From Candidatus Reconcilbacillus cellulovorans (lineage in GTDB: Bacteria; Bacillota; Bacilli; Paenibacillales; Reconciliibacillaceae), in the NCBI GenBank assembly GCA_002507565.1, contig MOXJ01000012.1:1035-65034 (forward strand): DNA of 64,000 nt, read 5' to 3'. The translations under genes were made by a program, and so were the position numbers. Below, in pieces: positions 63,976 through 64,000 of this stretch (position 1 is the first letter of the stretch; each line of letters starts with the position of its first letter). Under the pieces are notes generated by a model that saw nothing but the letters and a program-made list of their open reading frames with translations, had not been told where the DNA came from and did no database searches.

Positions 63976-64000
63976 CGCTCGCCCCACCTATCCGGAGGTT

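Overview
This window is high-GC DNA (about 62-63% in the stretches I counted). Every gene I can support lies on the minus strand. By gene content the organism is an endospore-forming, PolC-type Bacillales, possibly Paenibacillaceae-like (inference only).

Most of the window follows the conserved Bacillus-type backbone, read right to left: uppS-cdsA-dxr-rseP-proS-polC-rimP-nusA-ylxR-ylxQ-infB-rbfA-nrnA-truB-ribF, then an insertion, then rpsO-pnp-ylxY-ymxG-dut-dpaA-dpaB-asd-dapA-rnj-tepA-ylzJ-ftsK/spoIIIE-sleB-ymfF-ymfH-ymfI-ymfJ-ymfK-rodZ-yajQ-rimO-pgsA-cinA-recA. The recA gene is truncated at the left edge of the window.

The unusual part is a block of about 20 kb (25507-45554) that sits exactly between the ribF stop codon and the rpsO promoter. 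It encodes:
- a LuxR-type regulator whose gene is flanked by two copies of a 16-bp palindrome placed identically against two promoters;
- a 16-gene, tightly packed type IV pilus operon: VanW-like, pilB, pilC, pilA, pilM, pilN, pilO, pilT, an SLH-anchored protein, a secreted 792-aa vWA protein, GspI/J/K-like minor pilins, a CheY fused to an unknown C-terminal domain, and a short pilD;
- a LysM-M14 peptidoglycan peptidase and an intracellular GH8 enzyme.

I also found several intrinsic terminators, a LexA (Cheo) box at recA, sporulation-sigma-like promoters and a rimP-nusA leader hairpin. I saw no tRNA, rRNA, CRISPR array, transposase or integrase. Coordinates of trimmed starts come from manual SD and start-codon inspection.
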